64,000 nt of DNA. Origin: an uncultured delta proteobacterium (GTDB lineage: Bacteria > Desulfobacterota > Binatia > UBA9968). This document shows, piece by piece, positions 1 to 9,913 of this stretch; positions within the stretch are counted from its first letter, which is position 1, and each line of letters opens with the position of its first letter. A program made the translations under genes and the position numbers. The stretch lies in NCBI GenBank assembly GCA_963847445.1, contig CAWJZV010000004.1, positions 192,001 through 256,000 of the forward strand, in the 5' to 3' direction. The notes beneath the pieces are model-generated. The model did not search any database, was not told the origin of the DNA, and saw nothing but the letters and a program-made list of their open reading frames with translations.

Positions 1-944
1 CATAAAATGGTTCGACTCGTTGCGAATCGGTCGATACTGCGCGTCGACTTCCGCCAGGGACTTGTCGATCACCGCCTGGTCGAGGGGCGCTTCGCGGTTG
101 AAGAAGAAACAATATTTCCAATGATGCGTATCGTCGATCGGCACATGCCAGTTGATACCGTAACCTTGCCCGCCGGTCTGACCGGGGAACGTGCTTAAAT
201 TGGGCAGGACAAAATTTGAAACGCGCAGGTAGATTTTGCCTTCGCCCATCTGGCGCACCGAATAAATGCGCACGCCGAAATCGGTGATCTCCACATCCAG
301 CGTCGGCGGCTGCGCTTTGGCGATTAGATTATAATGCGACTCGTCGGTGCCGCGCACGCCGGTGTAGCGCTCTTCCTTGTGCTCGAGAAAGCGGTGCAGA
401 AACGACAAATGCACCGGATCGATGTTGCCCTCGTTGGCCTGCAAGTAATTGCACTCGTGATAAACTTTGTAGACGCAGAAGTGACCCGCCGGTTGATTGA
501 GAAATTCGTAATTGGGCACAAGCGGTGGTTCGCCCGGCCCCATGTAGGTGAAAATCACTCCGCCCTTTTCCTGGCATGGATATGCGCGATGGCGGATCAC
601 ATCGCGATTGGCGCCACCGCCCGGCTCGCCCGGCTGTTCCAAACAGCGGCCGCGAATATCGTAAAGCCAGCCATGGTAGAGACAACGCAGACCACCGTCC
701 TCGATCCGGCCGTAACTCAGGTCGGTGCCACGGTGCGAACAGTGAATGCCGAGCAAACCAACCCGGCCTTGCTCGTCGCGAAACAGAGCCAAGTCCTCGC
801 CGAGAATCCGCACAGCCAGAGGCGCGCCACCAGGCGGCAATTCTGACGCCAGCGCCACCGGCTGCCAGTAGCGCCGAGCAGATCGCCGGCCGGCTTAGCG
901 CGATCGGTTTGGGTCAACAATTGATTTTCTTCGCTGGTGATCAT
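1..944 (-). CDS. Rieske non-heme iron oxygenase alpha subunit (phthalate 4,5-dioxygenase-like), frameshifted near 875, runs off the window start
   Basis: Starts MITSEENQLLTQT. After a 1-nt shift it reads RRYWQPVAL...GLLGIHCSHRGTDLSYGRIEDGGLRCLYHGW, the Rieske CxH...CxxH motif. Confidence 0.85.
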
Positions 945-970
945 GACGCGATTTTCGACTTTCCTGATAG

Positions 971-2044
971 TTATTTCAAAAGCTTGGTTGCCAACGCGAT
1001 TGCCGGCGTTCTAATTTTCTTCACCGACGACTCTAGATGGGTTTCCAAACGGAGATAATCATCCACCGTCATGACGTCTTTGCAACCCTGGCTGCCTGAC
1101 TCCTTCAACCACGCCGTGCTCACGTCGAGCCGGCGCGTGCCCTGGGTCATCGCCTTACCGTAAAGTTCCTGGCCTTCTTTGCCGAGCAGCCAGTTGACAA
1201 AGATTTTCGCCGCGTTGGGATGGGGCGGATTTTTTATCACCGTGATAACGCCGCTGCCGTTGTTGGCATGAGCGCCTTCCTTGGTGCGCGACACTGGCTT
1301 CAAGGGCAGTCCGGCTTTGATAAACGGTTCGTAAGTGTAGTGGCTCAAGCCGATAGTGAAGGCGAGCTTGCCTTTCGCCAAGCCGTCGGCGAGTTGGCGC
1401 AGGTTCTGATTGACCAGCAGATCCTGTTGCGCCAGCTTGGTTAAAAACTCCTCGCCTTTGGTTTTCCAAATAAACGACCAGGTGTTTTGCCCCGAGCCGG
1501 GATTGCGCGGATCGAGCAGACCGATGCGTCCCTTCCACTTGGGATTGAGCAGATCGTCGAAGGAGCGGATTTCACTGGGCTCCGCCTGGCTGGCGTTGTA
1601 CCACCAGGTCTCGCTCGTGTAGCAGAGAAAGGCGTAAACATGTTTCTTGGAGCTGACGTTATCTTCCCAAATATGGCCGCCCCACCAGTTCTTGGGATCC
1701 TTCACTTCCGGCAAGATCATGTACGGGTTGAAGTCGTCTGCGGCGCCGGCGGCGACCATGGACAGCGGCGTCGCACCGCCGGCGACCAGGATATCGTAAT
1801 AGCGCACGCCGGCATTGAATTCCGTGACAATGCGCGTCACGTTCTCCGGCCCGCGCGCGGCCAGCAGTTCGATGGAAATACCAAACTTGTCTTTGAATTT
1901 TTGCCCAATCGCATTGCGCAGTTCAGTGCTGGCGGGAATGCCGACGACAACGATGCCCTCTTTGCGCGCCGCCGCTAGGGTTTGATTCCATTCGCTCGGT
2001 CCCTCGGCGGCAAACACTGGAGTGGCAAGCAGCGAAACCGCCAC
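971..2044 (-). CDS. ABC-type extracellular solute-binding protein (Fe3+/polyamine-like family)
   Basis: Signal-like N-terminus, AAARKEG, DLLNPKWKG and PHPNAAKIFVNWLL motifs. Confidence 0.85.
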   Translation of the reverse strand: MAVSLLATPVFAAEGPSEWNQTLAAARKEGIVVVGIPASTELRNAIGQKFKDKFGISIELLAARGPENVTRIVTEFNAGVRYYDILVAGGATPLSMVAAGAADDFNPYMILPEVKDPKNWWGGHIWEDNVSSKKHVYAFLCYTSETWWYNASQAEPSEIRSFDDLLNPKWKGRIGLLDPRNPGSGQNTWSFIWKTKGEEFLTKLAQQDLLVNQNLRQLADGLAKGKLAFTIGLSHYTYEPFIKAGLPLKPVSRTKEGAHANNGSGVITVIKNPPHPNAAKIFVNWLLGKEGQELYGKAMTQGTRRLDVSTAWLKESGSQGCKDVMTVDDYLRLETHLESSVKKIRTPAIALATKLLK

Positions 2045-2085
2045 GAGCTGCCAGAAGATACTTGATGATAAAATTATTCACAGCT

Positions 2086-3540
2086 CTATGCTCCAGGGAA
2101 CGGAATCACATTGCGAAATTTTTTGATCACCTGCTCGCGCAACTCGCGGCTCGAGCGGCTGACTTTAGGAAATTTATCTTTCCAATGATACGGCCGCACG
2201 GCGTAGAAGATCGCCCGGCCGTTGGTGTGGTCTTTCGACTCACGCTTGTCCGGCGGCATGCGCGGATCGAGCGGCGTCGACCAGGCGCCGTCGACGATGT
2301 CGATGTTGGTCGGCGGATCGACCCGCGTCATCATCGCCCACAAAACTTCTTTCATATTGGTCGGATCGATATCGTCGTCGACCACGACCACGTAGCGGCC
2401 GTTGCGCGCCGACGCCGCGCAACTGACGGCGGCGAGGCCGGCCTGCTTGGCGTGGCCGGGGAATTTCTGCTCGATGGCGACCACGGTCATGTACGGCGAG
2501 TGATTGTAAACTCCGACGACGTTTTGGACGCCGGCGGCTTCGAGCTGATCCCAGAGAATGCCAGCCGTCGGATTGCCATCGATCTTCATCGCGCCGGTCC
2601 ACAGCGGCGCTTCCTCTTCGAGGATCGGATCGTTGCGATGATAGATCGCCTTGACGCGAATCACCGGCTGCGCTTCGCCGGTGCCGATGGTACCGCCGGA
2701 GTAGTATCCCGGCCATTCGCCGAACGGCCCCTCGGCGCGCGCCTCCTCGCTCGGCGGCGGAATCTCGCCTTCGATGGCGATCTCCGCGCCGGCGGGAATC
2801 GGTAACCCCGTCACAGGGCCGCGGATAAATTCCAACGGCCGGCCCATCAAACCACCGGCGTAGTCGAGTTCCGATTTACCGTACGCGAGTTTGGTGTGCG
2901 CCAGAGTGAACAGCAACGGATCGCTGCCAAAGGTCGCCACCACCGGACAGCTCTTGCCCTGCTGCCAATACTTGGCGCAAATCAGCCGGCCGTCCTGCCC
3001 CGGACTCATCCACAGGCCGAGCAGATTCTTTTCATGGAGCTGAATCCGGTAGGTGCCGGCGTTAATGAAGCCGCTATCGGGGTCGGCATTGATCAGACAA
3101 TCGCCGGTGCCGATGTAACGCCCGCCGTCGCCGTCGTGGAAACGGGGCGAGGGGAATTTAAGCAGATCGACCTGGTCGCCCTGCATGACGTTTTCCATCA
3201 GCGGCGAACTCTTGACCTCCGCGGCTGGAATAGAATTGCCAGACTTCATCTTGCGCGCCAGCAAGCGCACCACTTCAAGCTTGGTTTTCTCCGGCGCAAT
3301 TCCGAAAGCCAACGCGGTGCGTTTGTAGTTGGCGAATGCCAGGCTGACCAGGCGAAATCCCGCTGGATAGTCCTTGATCTTATCGAACAGCAGCATGGGC
3401 CGCTCATCGAGTTCCGCCGTCGCCTCGATCAAGGCGCCGATCTCGTTGTTCCAGTCCGCGCCTTCGATCAGGCGCCATTGGCTGACTTTCTTGGCTTCCT
3501 CGATGAAGCCGCGAAAATCATGGTAGGGGAGTGTGTCCAT
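2086..3540 (-). CDS. UbiD family (prFMN-dependent) decarboxylase
   Basis: DGGRYIGT, NAGTYR, EIAIEG, EGPFGEWPGYY and VVVDDDID motifs; likely start MDTLPYHD. Confidence 0.92.
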   Translation of the reverse strand: MDTLPYHDFRGFIEEAKKVSQWRLIEGADWNNEIGALIEATAELDERPMLLFDKIKDYPAGFRLVSLAFANYKRTALAFGIAPEKTKLEVVRLLARKMKSGNSIPAAEVKSSPLMENVMQGDQVDLLKFPSPRFHDGDGGRYIGTGDCLINADPDSGFINAGTYRIQLHEKNLLGLWMSPGQDGRLICAKYWQQGKSCPVVATFGSDPLLFTLAHTKLAYGKSELDYAGGLMGRPLEFIRGPVTGLPIPAGAEIAIEGEIPPPSEEARAEGPFGEWPGYYSGGTIGTGEAQPVIRVKAIYHRNDPILEEEAPLWTGAMKIDGNPTAGILWDQLEAAGVQNVVGVYNHSPYMTVVAIEQKFPGHAKQAGLAAVSCAASARNGRYVVVVDDDIDPTNMKEVLWAMMTRVDPPTNIDIVDGAWSTPLDPRMPPDKRESKDHTNGRAIFYAVRPYHWKDKFPKVSRSSRELREQVIKKFRNVIPFPGA

Positions 3541-3613
3541 AACTGATCTCCGGTGACTGGAGTTCGCACTGCAAATCCTGCTGTCCTCTAAACCGACAGT
3601 GACAATTGCACAA

Positions 3614-3686
3614 GTCGCCATACCGGCGCAGGCCGGTATCCATCCCCTCCCCAACTCCTAGATTCCGGCCTAGGCCGGAATGACGG
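3614..3686. repeat. REP-like palindrome pair (CATACCGGCGCAGGCCGGTATC ... GATTCCGGCCTAGGCCGGAATGAC)
   Basis: Two short hairpins in inverted arrangement; a related copy lies at about 36965-37043. Confidence 0.75.
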
Positions 3687-3722
3687 ACGAAGAAGCCGAC
3701 TCACTTGCGCGATATGCGATTT

Positions 3723-4842
3723 TTATTGCAAAACCTTCTCCGCGAACTTTTGCGCTTTCAGCCTAACTTCAACGCACTTGTCTTCGAGGTAGTTGCGCAT
3801 CTTTTCGTTATCCTTCGGGCTCAGGGAATCCTTCGACGCTTCCACACCCTGCTTGGCCATCCACTTGGTGTCGACGTCAAGCCGGCGCGTGCCGTGCAAC
3901 AGCACCCGGCTGTAGATTTCCTGCCCTTCTTTACTCAATAGCCAGTTGACGAACACCTTCGCCGCATTGGGATGGGGCGGATTTTTGACAATCGCCAGCG
4001 TGCCGTAACCGTTGCTCGACGGATTGCCTTCACTGGGATCGGGCAGGTCCTTCAGCGGCAAGCCCGCCTTGACGAAGGGCTCAGTCTGCGCCAGACCGAT
4101 GCCCAGCGTGATTGCGAGTTTGCCCTTGGCTAAGGCTTCAGCCAACTGCCGGAGGTTTTGCGTGACGAAGAGATCCTGCTGCACAAGCTTTTTTAAGAAC
4201 TCTTCGCCCTTGAGGTCCCATAGATAGGACCAGACCGACAAGCCCGAGCCGGCCACGCGCGGATCGCTCAAACCGATCTTGCCTTTCCATTTTGGATTGA
4301 GCAGATCGTCGAAGGAACCAAACTCCTCGGGTTTCGAGAGCGACGTGTTGTGCCAATAGCCTTCGGTACTCTTGGTTGAGATGAAGGAGTAGAAAAGTTT
4401 GGTGCCGCTGACGTTGTCCATGAAGACATGGCCGCTCCACCATTGCTTAGGCTCCTTCACCTCGGGGAGAATCATGTAGGGCTCGATCTGATCGAACATC
4501 CCCGACTTGATCAGTGGCACGCCGGTGCACGAGCCGAATATGAACGAATCGAAATAGCGCACGCCGGCTTTGCCTTCGGTGACGATGCGATTGGCGATCT
4601 GCGGCCCGGTGCGCGGAAAAGATTTCCATCTCGAAACCGAAGCGCGCCTTAAATGCCGGCTCAAGCTCGCGCCGCAGCTCGGCGCTCGGCGGCAGCCCGA
4701 CGACAACCTTGCCTTCCTTCTTCGCCGCCGCCACCGTCTTGTCCCACTCCACCTGCCACGGCTGCTGAGCGTATGACACGGGTGACTTAGCGAGCAAACA
4801 GACTACGCCCAATAGGGCTGATAAGACGAAGTTCGCTTTCAT
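3723..4842 (-). CDS. Extracellular solute-binding protein, paralog of 971-2044, frameshift near 4618
   Basis: N-part MKANFV...AAAKKEGKVVV and C-part LLNPKWKG...PHPNAAKVFVNW are in different frames. Confidence 0.82.
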
Positions 4843-4990
4843 AGTTTGCGGACTTTGCGCTTGCGGCAATCAGCTCGTGAAATCCGACTCGTGCCTCATG
4901 CGTTCCGCTTCAGTCAAATTTTGCGTGCAACGACAATTGCGACCTGTGCCATACCGCCGAGCAGTCGCGCGCAATGAGATACAACATCCA

Positions 4991-5324
4991 TCTTCACCAC
5001 GAAGAACACGAAGCGCACGAAGTTCGGGGAAATAATTTCCGAAACCTTCGTAACTACTATCCGTGATAATTTGCGCGGCTTGCGCAAATTGTCCGGGAGC
5101 CGTGACGCCTCGGATTCGGATATTCCTCGCGCCAAGATCGCCAAGGTCGTGAAGTGCGACAGGCCAGGGGCCTGTCATCCTGAGGGAATGCGAAAGATCT
5201 AAGCAGGATTTCTCTCTCCGTTCGAAATGACAACGTTCTTCCTTTGCGCCCTTTAGGTGCTTTGCGCGAGATACTCCAAAATTCGCTTGCGGCTGCGCCG
5301 CGCTGGGTCCTTCGTGGTGAAAAT
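4991..5324. repeat. Nested composite of three inverted-repeat families
   Basis: Outer CACCACGAAG...CTTCGTGGTG, middle CTCGCGCCAAG...CTTTGCGCGAG, inner TGTCATCCTGAG...CGAAATGACA. Confidence 0.7.
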
Positions 5325-5350
5325 GATCCCCACAGCCGAGGTCTAAATTT

Positions 5351-6361
5351 TTACTGCACATCGAAGCGCGTCGCGCGCTCCGAGACATTATTGAACGCCT
5401 TGGGATGCACCAGCTTGCGGCTGTAGAGCACCATGCGCAGGAAGCCGGGGCTGCCGGTGATGCGGTGCGCCACGCCGCGCGGGATATAGGACATTTGGCC
5501 GGCGTCGAGCTCCATGGCGCCCCATTCGGTGTGATTGAGCGAATGGCCGCGGAATTGAAACCAGATTTCGTCCTCGTCGCAGCCGCGATGAAAACCGTTC
5601 TGCTCTTCCTCAAGATTGTAAACGTCGACGCGAAACTCATTGCCGTTGTATAAAATCGGCGCGCGCGCGCCGCCCTTGCCGGTCATGCCGGTGAAATAAT
5701 TGAACGCGCTCAGCTTGCGCACCGGCCGGCCGCCTTCGCGTTTGCAGCCGATCAACGCCGCGACATCGCGCTCGACCCAGAGATCCGACTGCGGGTCCCA
5801 GAAGCTGATATGCTCCAGCGCCGTTCCATCGCCAGCGCCGTCGGCATTGTGGCCATCGGCGGCGCCGATCGGCTCCGACGGTTTGACGCGGAACTTATTT
5901 TGCGTCAGCGGCGTCTCCGGATCGACGCCTTCAGTCATCGCTTCCTGGGTCGCCACGCGCACGCGCAAGCATTGGTCCGAACCGGTGCTGCGATGGGCAA
6001 TCGCCGAAGGAACCAGGGCGATCTCTCCGGGCTCGATTTCGATGACGCCGCCTTCGCTCTCGATCTTCGAGCGGCCGCAGAACTGCAAATAAACGATGTC
6101 GTAATCCGCCGCGCGGGTCAGCTGGGTCTCGCGGCCGGCGATAAGCTCGGTGCACACGCGCAAGGCATCGCCCTCGAACACCGTCGCCCGCGCCCGGTTG
6201 CCGTTAAGCGGCGTGCTGCGCAGTAAATCGAACGGCCGGATATGCGGCACCATCCTTTGCCCCATGCGCGCCGTGCCGATCACCGCGCTTTCGTCGCGCT
6301 CCATCCAGATATGCTCCGATGGTTCTCGGTGGGTCATAAATTCACGAATTTTCTTCGCCAT
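5351..6361 (-). CDS. Bicupin protein, ring-cleavage dioxygenase-like (3-hydroxyanthranilate/homogentisate dioxygenase-like)
   Basis: Two homologous halves; the C-half has FHRGCDEDEIWFQFRG...YIPRGVAHR, a cupin metal-binding motif. Confidence 0.6.
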   Translation of the reverse strand: MAKKIREFMTHREPSEHIWMERDESAVIGTARMGQRMVPHIRPFDLLRSTPLNGNRARATVFEGDALRVCTELIAGRETQLTRAADYDIVYLQFCGRSKIESEGGVIEIEPGEIALVPSAIAHRSTGSDQCLRVRVATQEAMTEGVDPETPLTQNKFRVKPSEPIGAADGHNADGAGDGTALEHISFWDPQSDLWVERDVAALIGCKREGGRPVRKLSAFNYFTGMTGKGGARAPILYNGNEFRVDVYNLEEEQNGFHRGCDEDEIWFQFRGHSLNHTEWGAMELDAGQMSYIPRGVAHRITGSPGFLRMVLYSRKLVHPKAFNNVSERATRFDVQ

Positions 6362-6460
6362 AACATTCTCCTGTTCAATTCAAAAGTCGACCTTCTTGAA
6401 CGTCGCCCTCACACATTTCCACTTTTCTTTTCTCGCGTTTCTCTACTGAGCTACCATCAC

Positions 6461-7414
6461 TCAATTCTTGATTCCCAGCTCCCTTTGCGCGTCTCGCAAA
6501 ATCGACAAATCCTCTACCTCGCTGAGAGACACTTCTCGGGTCACCTTCGCCACCCGCTTAGCCTCGTCGATCAGCAACCGCAGCCCGATATCGGGGAGAT
6601 TGAGATCCTCACTATACGTCTTCACGGAGGAGTCATAGGTCGCCGCCGCCATCTCTTTATCAATCTTCAGCCACTCTGCCATGATTGAAAGCGTGCCGTC
6701 GCGATTCTGACGAATGTACCGGTTCGCCTTGATACCCGCTTTGATTACCCTCTTGATCTCATCCGGCCTTTCTTGAATCTTCTTCGCGCTTGCGATCAAC
6801 CCGCTCAAGGGAAAACTGAATAGCTCGTGGGCTCGCGTGAGCACAACAAATCCCAACTTCTTGCCGAGAAAATCGATAGGCGGGCCTCCTAACGTCGCAG
6901 AAGTCAATCCCTGTTTCATGGCACCAAAGCGAGAGTCGACGGGTCCGGTTGCAAGAAACTTGACCTCATTGTCAGGGTCGATGTTGAAATGCCGTAGTAT
7001 GAGCCTGGCTATCCCTTCAAGAGCGCCGCCGTAAGCGTTGACGCCGATCGTTTTATTCTTCAATTCAGGGACGGACTTTATTTCCGGCCGGGCGATGAGC
7101 GCCGTGGGGGAAACTGGCACGTAAGCGGCAACGAGCTTGACGGGAACTCCACGGATCGCGGCGGCCACTCCAGGGCCGAGCACGGTATAGTAATCGATCT
7201 CGCCGCTGACCAACGCTTGAAGTGCGATCGCTGGATTGATCCTGATAAACTCCCCTTGAAGTCCTTCCTCCTTGAAAAAGCCACGCTTGTCGCCGATAGC
7301 GAGCGGAACGAACGGCGCGGCAAGATCCGGGTATCCGATCCTGATTTTGTCAACTGCGTGACCCAACGCGGGGAACGCAAATAAAACTAACAATACCAAG
7401 AGAGTTTTTTTCAA
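6461..7414 (-). CDS. NMT1/SsuA-like ABC solute-binding protein
   Basis: Signal peptide, KRGFFKEEGL, ALVSGEID and LKNKTIGV; probable TTG start after AGGAG. Confidence 0.85.
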   Translation of the reverse strand: MKKTLLVLLVLFAFPALGHAVDKIRIGYPDLAAPFVPLAIGDKRGFFKEEGLQGEFIRINPAIALQALVSGEIDYYTVLGPGVAAAIRGVPVKLVAAYVPVSPTALIARPEIKSVPELKNKTIGVNAYGGALEGIARLILRHFNIDPDNEVKFLATGPVDSRFGAMKQGLTSATLGGPPIDFLGKKLGFVVLTRAHELFSFPLSGLIASAKKIQERPDEIKRVIKAGIKANRYIRQNRDGTLSIMAEWLKIDKEMAAATYDSSVKTYSEDLNLPDIGLRLLIDEAKRVAKVTREVSLSEVEDLSILRDAQRELGIKN

Positions 7415-7492
7415 AGATGACTCCTGTAAGATTATGTGGTCGATTGTTGATCCTAGCTCGCCAGTCACAAAGGACGGTTTGAAAGCTGCTTC

Positions 7493-9034
7493 TTACTTAA
7501 ACTGCGCCTGCTTGTTCAGATAAAATTTCCGCATCGCCGGGCGGTATTTTTCCATCATCTCTTTGTTGAGGTCGAGGGGCGGATTCGCGCCTTCGGGAAG
7601 CAGCGAGAAATACTTGCTGTCCTTGGTATCTTGCTCGAACTGCTTCTTGGCAGCATCTCGCAATTCAGGAGATGTCAGCAAATCCAGCACCGACGCGGCG
7701 ATCACCTTCGCTCCGGTCACTGCACCTTTGTGGCCGATCGACATCGTCGGCGTGATACCTGCCGACCAGTGATGGGCCTGGATGCCAGGCACCACCGAGG
7801 GGAAACGAATCGTTCCTGTCGGCAGCACCCAGGTAATGTCACCGATATCGTTAGAGGATGAGTTTTGCCGGCCTGCTGCCAAAGGCAACACTTTCGTCGG
7901 CAGACCCACCTCCTTCTGGCCCATGGATTTTTGCAGTTCTTTGGCGAACTTGTTTTCGTCTTCCGTCCAGTTCGGCATGCCGACCACGTCGATATTCTTC
8001 TGCACCGCTTCGGCGATCACTTTATTGCCAAGCGAAGGCCACGCCGCACCGAAGGGCTCCATCTCCATGGTCGTGCCGGTCATCAACGCCGCGCCTTTGC
8101 CGACGTTGACCAGCTTGTCGAAATTCTCCTTGGCCCACGGACCCGACGCATCGCGAACAAACCACCAGATCTGTCCCATGTCAGGAATGATGTTCGGTTG
8201 CACGCCGCCATGAGTAATCGTGCGATGGGCACGATAGGTTGGCCGCAAATGCTCGCGCAGCTTGTCCATGCCGATATCCATCAAAACCACGGCGTCGACA
8301 GCGTCTTTGCCATCCCACGGATTGACGCCGCCATGGGCGGTTCGGCCTCTGAAGGTAAACTTCGCGCCGATCAGAGCGTAGTTGCCCAAGCCATAACCGG
8401 TGCCGAGGCTGTCACCGACATGGGTGATCACCGCCGCGTCGACATCCTTGAAGTAACCGTCGCGCACAAGATAAGGCCGGCTCATCAGCTGCTCTTCCGC
8501 CGGACCGATGGAGAGCACCACGGTGCCGGGCAGTTTAAATTGTTCCATCGCCTTCTTGACCGCGTGCGCCGCGCCAATCGCCGCGGCGGCCATTAGGTTG
8601 TGCCCTTCCATATGTCCTGGCGCGCCTTCGACGAGCGGTTTGCGCGGAATGCTGGCGGGAGTTTGCGACCCTTCGGGCAGCGAATCCATCTCAGTTGCGA
8701 TGGCGATCACCGGCTTCCCCGACCCCCAGGTCGCCCAAATATTGGTCGGCAACCCAGCACCGCCGAGCTCGACTTTAAAACCAATCTGTTCCAGTGTGGT
8801 TTTCACATACTTGGAACTCTCGTACTCCTGCATCCCGGGTTCGCCGAAGTAGTAGAGCACATCGCCGACGGTAGCGATCTGCGCCGCATTGCGCTCGACG
8901 ACCTCGAGTGCAACCCGTTTGGCATCGGTGGGAGAATCGGCGGTGGCCGGTTTGAAAATAAAAATAAGCGCGACCGTTAATGAGGCAATCGCCACAAACC
9001 CTCTGCAATTCAAAAATACACTTCTAACGGACAT
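7493..9034 (-). CDS. M20 amidohydrolase (AbgB-like p-aminobenzoyl-glutamate hydrolase subunit B family), exported
   Basis: EPGMQEYES, GHMEGHN, PAEE, GRTAHGGVNPWDG, PNIIP, SNDIGD and AHHW motifs; strong RBS AGGAGGAGG. Confidence 0.85.
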   Translation of the reverse strand: MSVRSVFLNCRGFVAIASLTVALIFIFKPATADSPTDAKRVALEVVERNAAQIATVGDVLYYFGEPGMQEYESSKYVKTTLEQIGFKVELGGAGLPTNIWATWGSGKPVIAIATEMDSLPEGSQTPASIPRKPLVEGAPGHMEGHNLMAAAAIGAAHAVKKAMEQFKLPGTVVLSIGPAEEQLMSRPYLVRDGYFKDVDAAVITHVGDSLGTGYGLGNYALIGAKFTFRGRTAHGGVNPWDGKDAVDAVVLMDIGMDKLREHLRPTYRAHRTITHGGVQPNIIPDMGQIWWFVRDASGPWAKENFDKLVNVGKGAALMTGTTMEMEPFGAAWPSLGNKVIAEAVQKNIDVVGMPNWTEDENKFAKELQKSMGQKEVGLPTKVLPLAAGRQNSSSNDIGDITWVLPTGTIRFPSVVPGIQAHHWSAGITPTMSIGHKGAVTGAKVIAASVLDLLTSPELRDAAKKQFEQDTKDSKYFSLLPEGANPPLDLNKEMMEKYRPAMRKFYLNKQAQFK

Positions 9035-9114
9035 TAGAATTCCTCCTCCTTGCCAAGGGCTTATCACGACCGAGCGATAAAAACGAAGTCCACTAAAAAG
9101 GTTCTCAATCCTGC

Positions 9115-9292
9115 CTGTCATCCGAGCGAAACGAGGAATCTCGACTTCCTCCCACACGGCGCTAAGGTCCAATCACGTTGGGATTGATCGACTCGATCAG
9201 CTGATATTTCTTAGAGCGGCGCCATTCACTACCGCAACAACCGAGCGGCATCGAATTGAAGACGAGCCCCTTCGCTACGCTCAGGGTGACAC
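9115..9292. repeat. Palindromic repeat halves (TGTCATCCGAGCGAAACGAGGAATCTC ... CCCTTCGCTACGCTCAGGGTGACA)
   Basis: Same TGTCA...TGACA family as at 5173-5232 and 29957-30014. Confidence 0.55.
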
Positions 9293-9318
9293 CGTGAATC
9301 TAAGCGCCAGTGCCGGAA

Positions 9319-9620
9319 TTAAATATTATCTTGGAACGGTCCCCGCGCCTCAGACAAAATTCCCATCGCGCATGTTGTAGATCTTTTGGAACTTCTCCGC
9401 GCCTTGGGATCTTGGCTCGCCATGATCACGGTCTTGCCGTATCTCTCGGCCAGGGAAAGAAACAATGCCGTGATCGCCGTGGTGTTGCCGGTGTCTAAAT
9501 TGCCGGTAGGCTCGTCGGCAAGGATCAGCGGCGGATCGTTGGCGCCAGCGCCACGGCGACGCTGTTGTTCGCCGCTGGACAGTTCCTCTGGCCGCTTGTG
9601 GCCTAATACCGACCAAGTCC
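9319..9620 (-). pseudogene. Remnant of a LolD-like ABC ATPase C-terminus
   Basis: HKRPEELSSGEQQR and PPLILADEPTGNLD are present; no Walker A; frameshifts. Confidence 0.7.
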
Positions 9621-9913
9621 ATAAATTACTGCGCGGCAATTACTCGACGCCGCACATTTACTGGACCTTATTGAAACGATTGAGAATCTATTGGCGTGTG
9701 AGCAGAATTGTCAAGCGAATTTGACGCAACTTTGACAAGCAAAACTATAATTTGTGTGTCAGCAATTTCATTTTATCGCCGATCGAGTCGAATTCGTTCC
9801 ATTCTGGTCACGCGAGCGATACGCCGAAAACATTTTGCCCAAAATTTTTTCGATTATTAGTTGTGATCGACGGGTAATTTGAGTACTCTGCCGAAGGTTT
9901 TAAGGTTTTTCCT

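Noticed and set aside
4870-5640. 256-aa ORF and similar ORFs crossing repeat regions (29876-30356, 36892-37281, 37735-38211)
   Set aside because: They translate palindromic repeats or alternative frames and show no recognisable domains.
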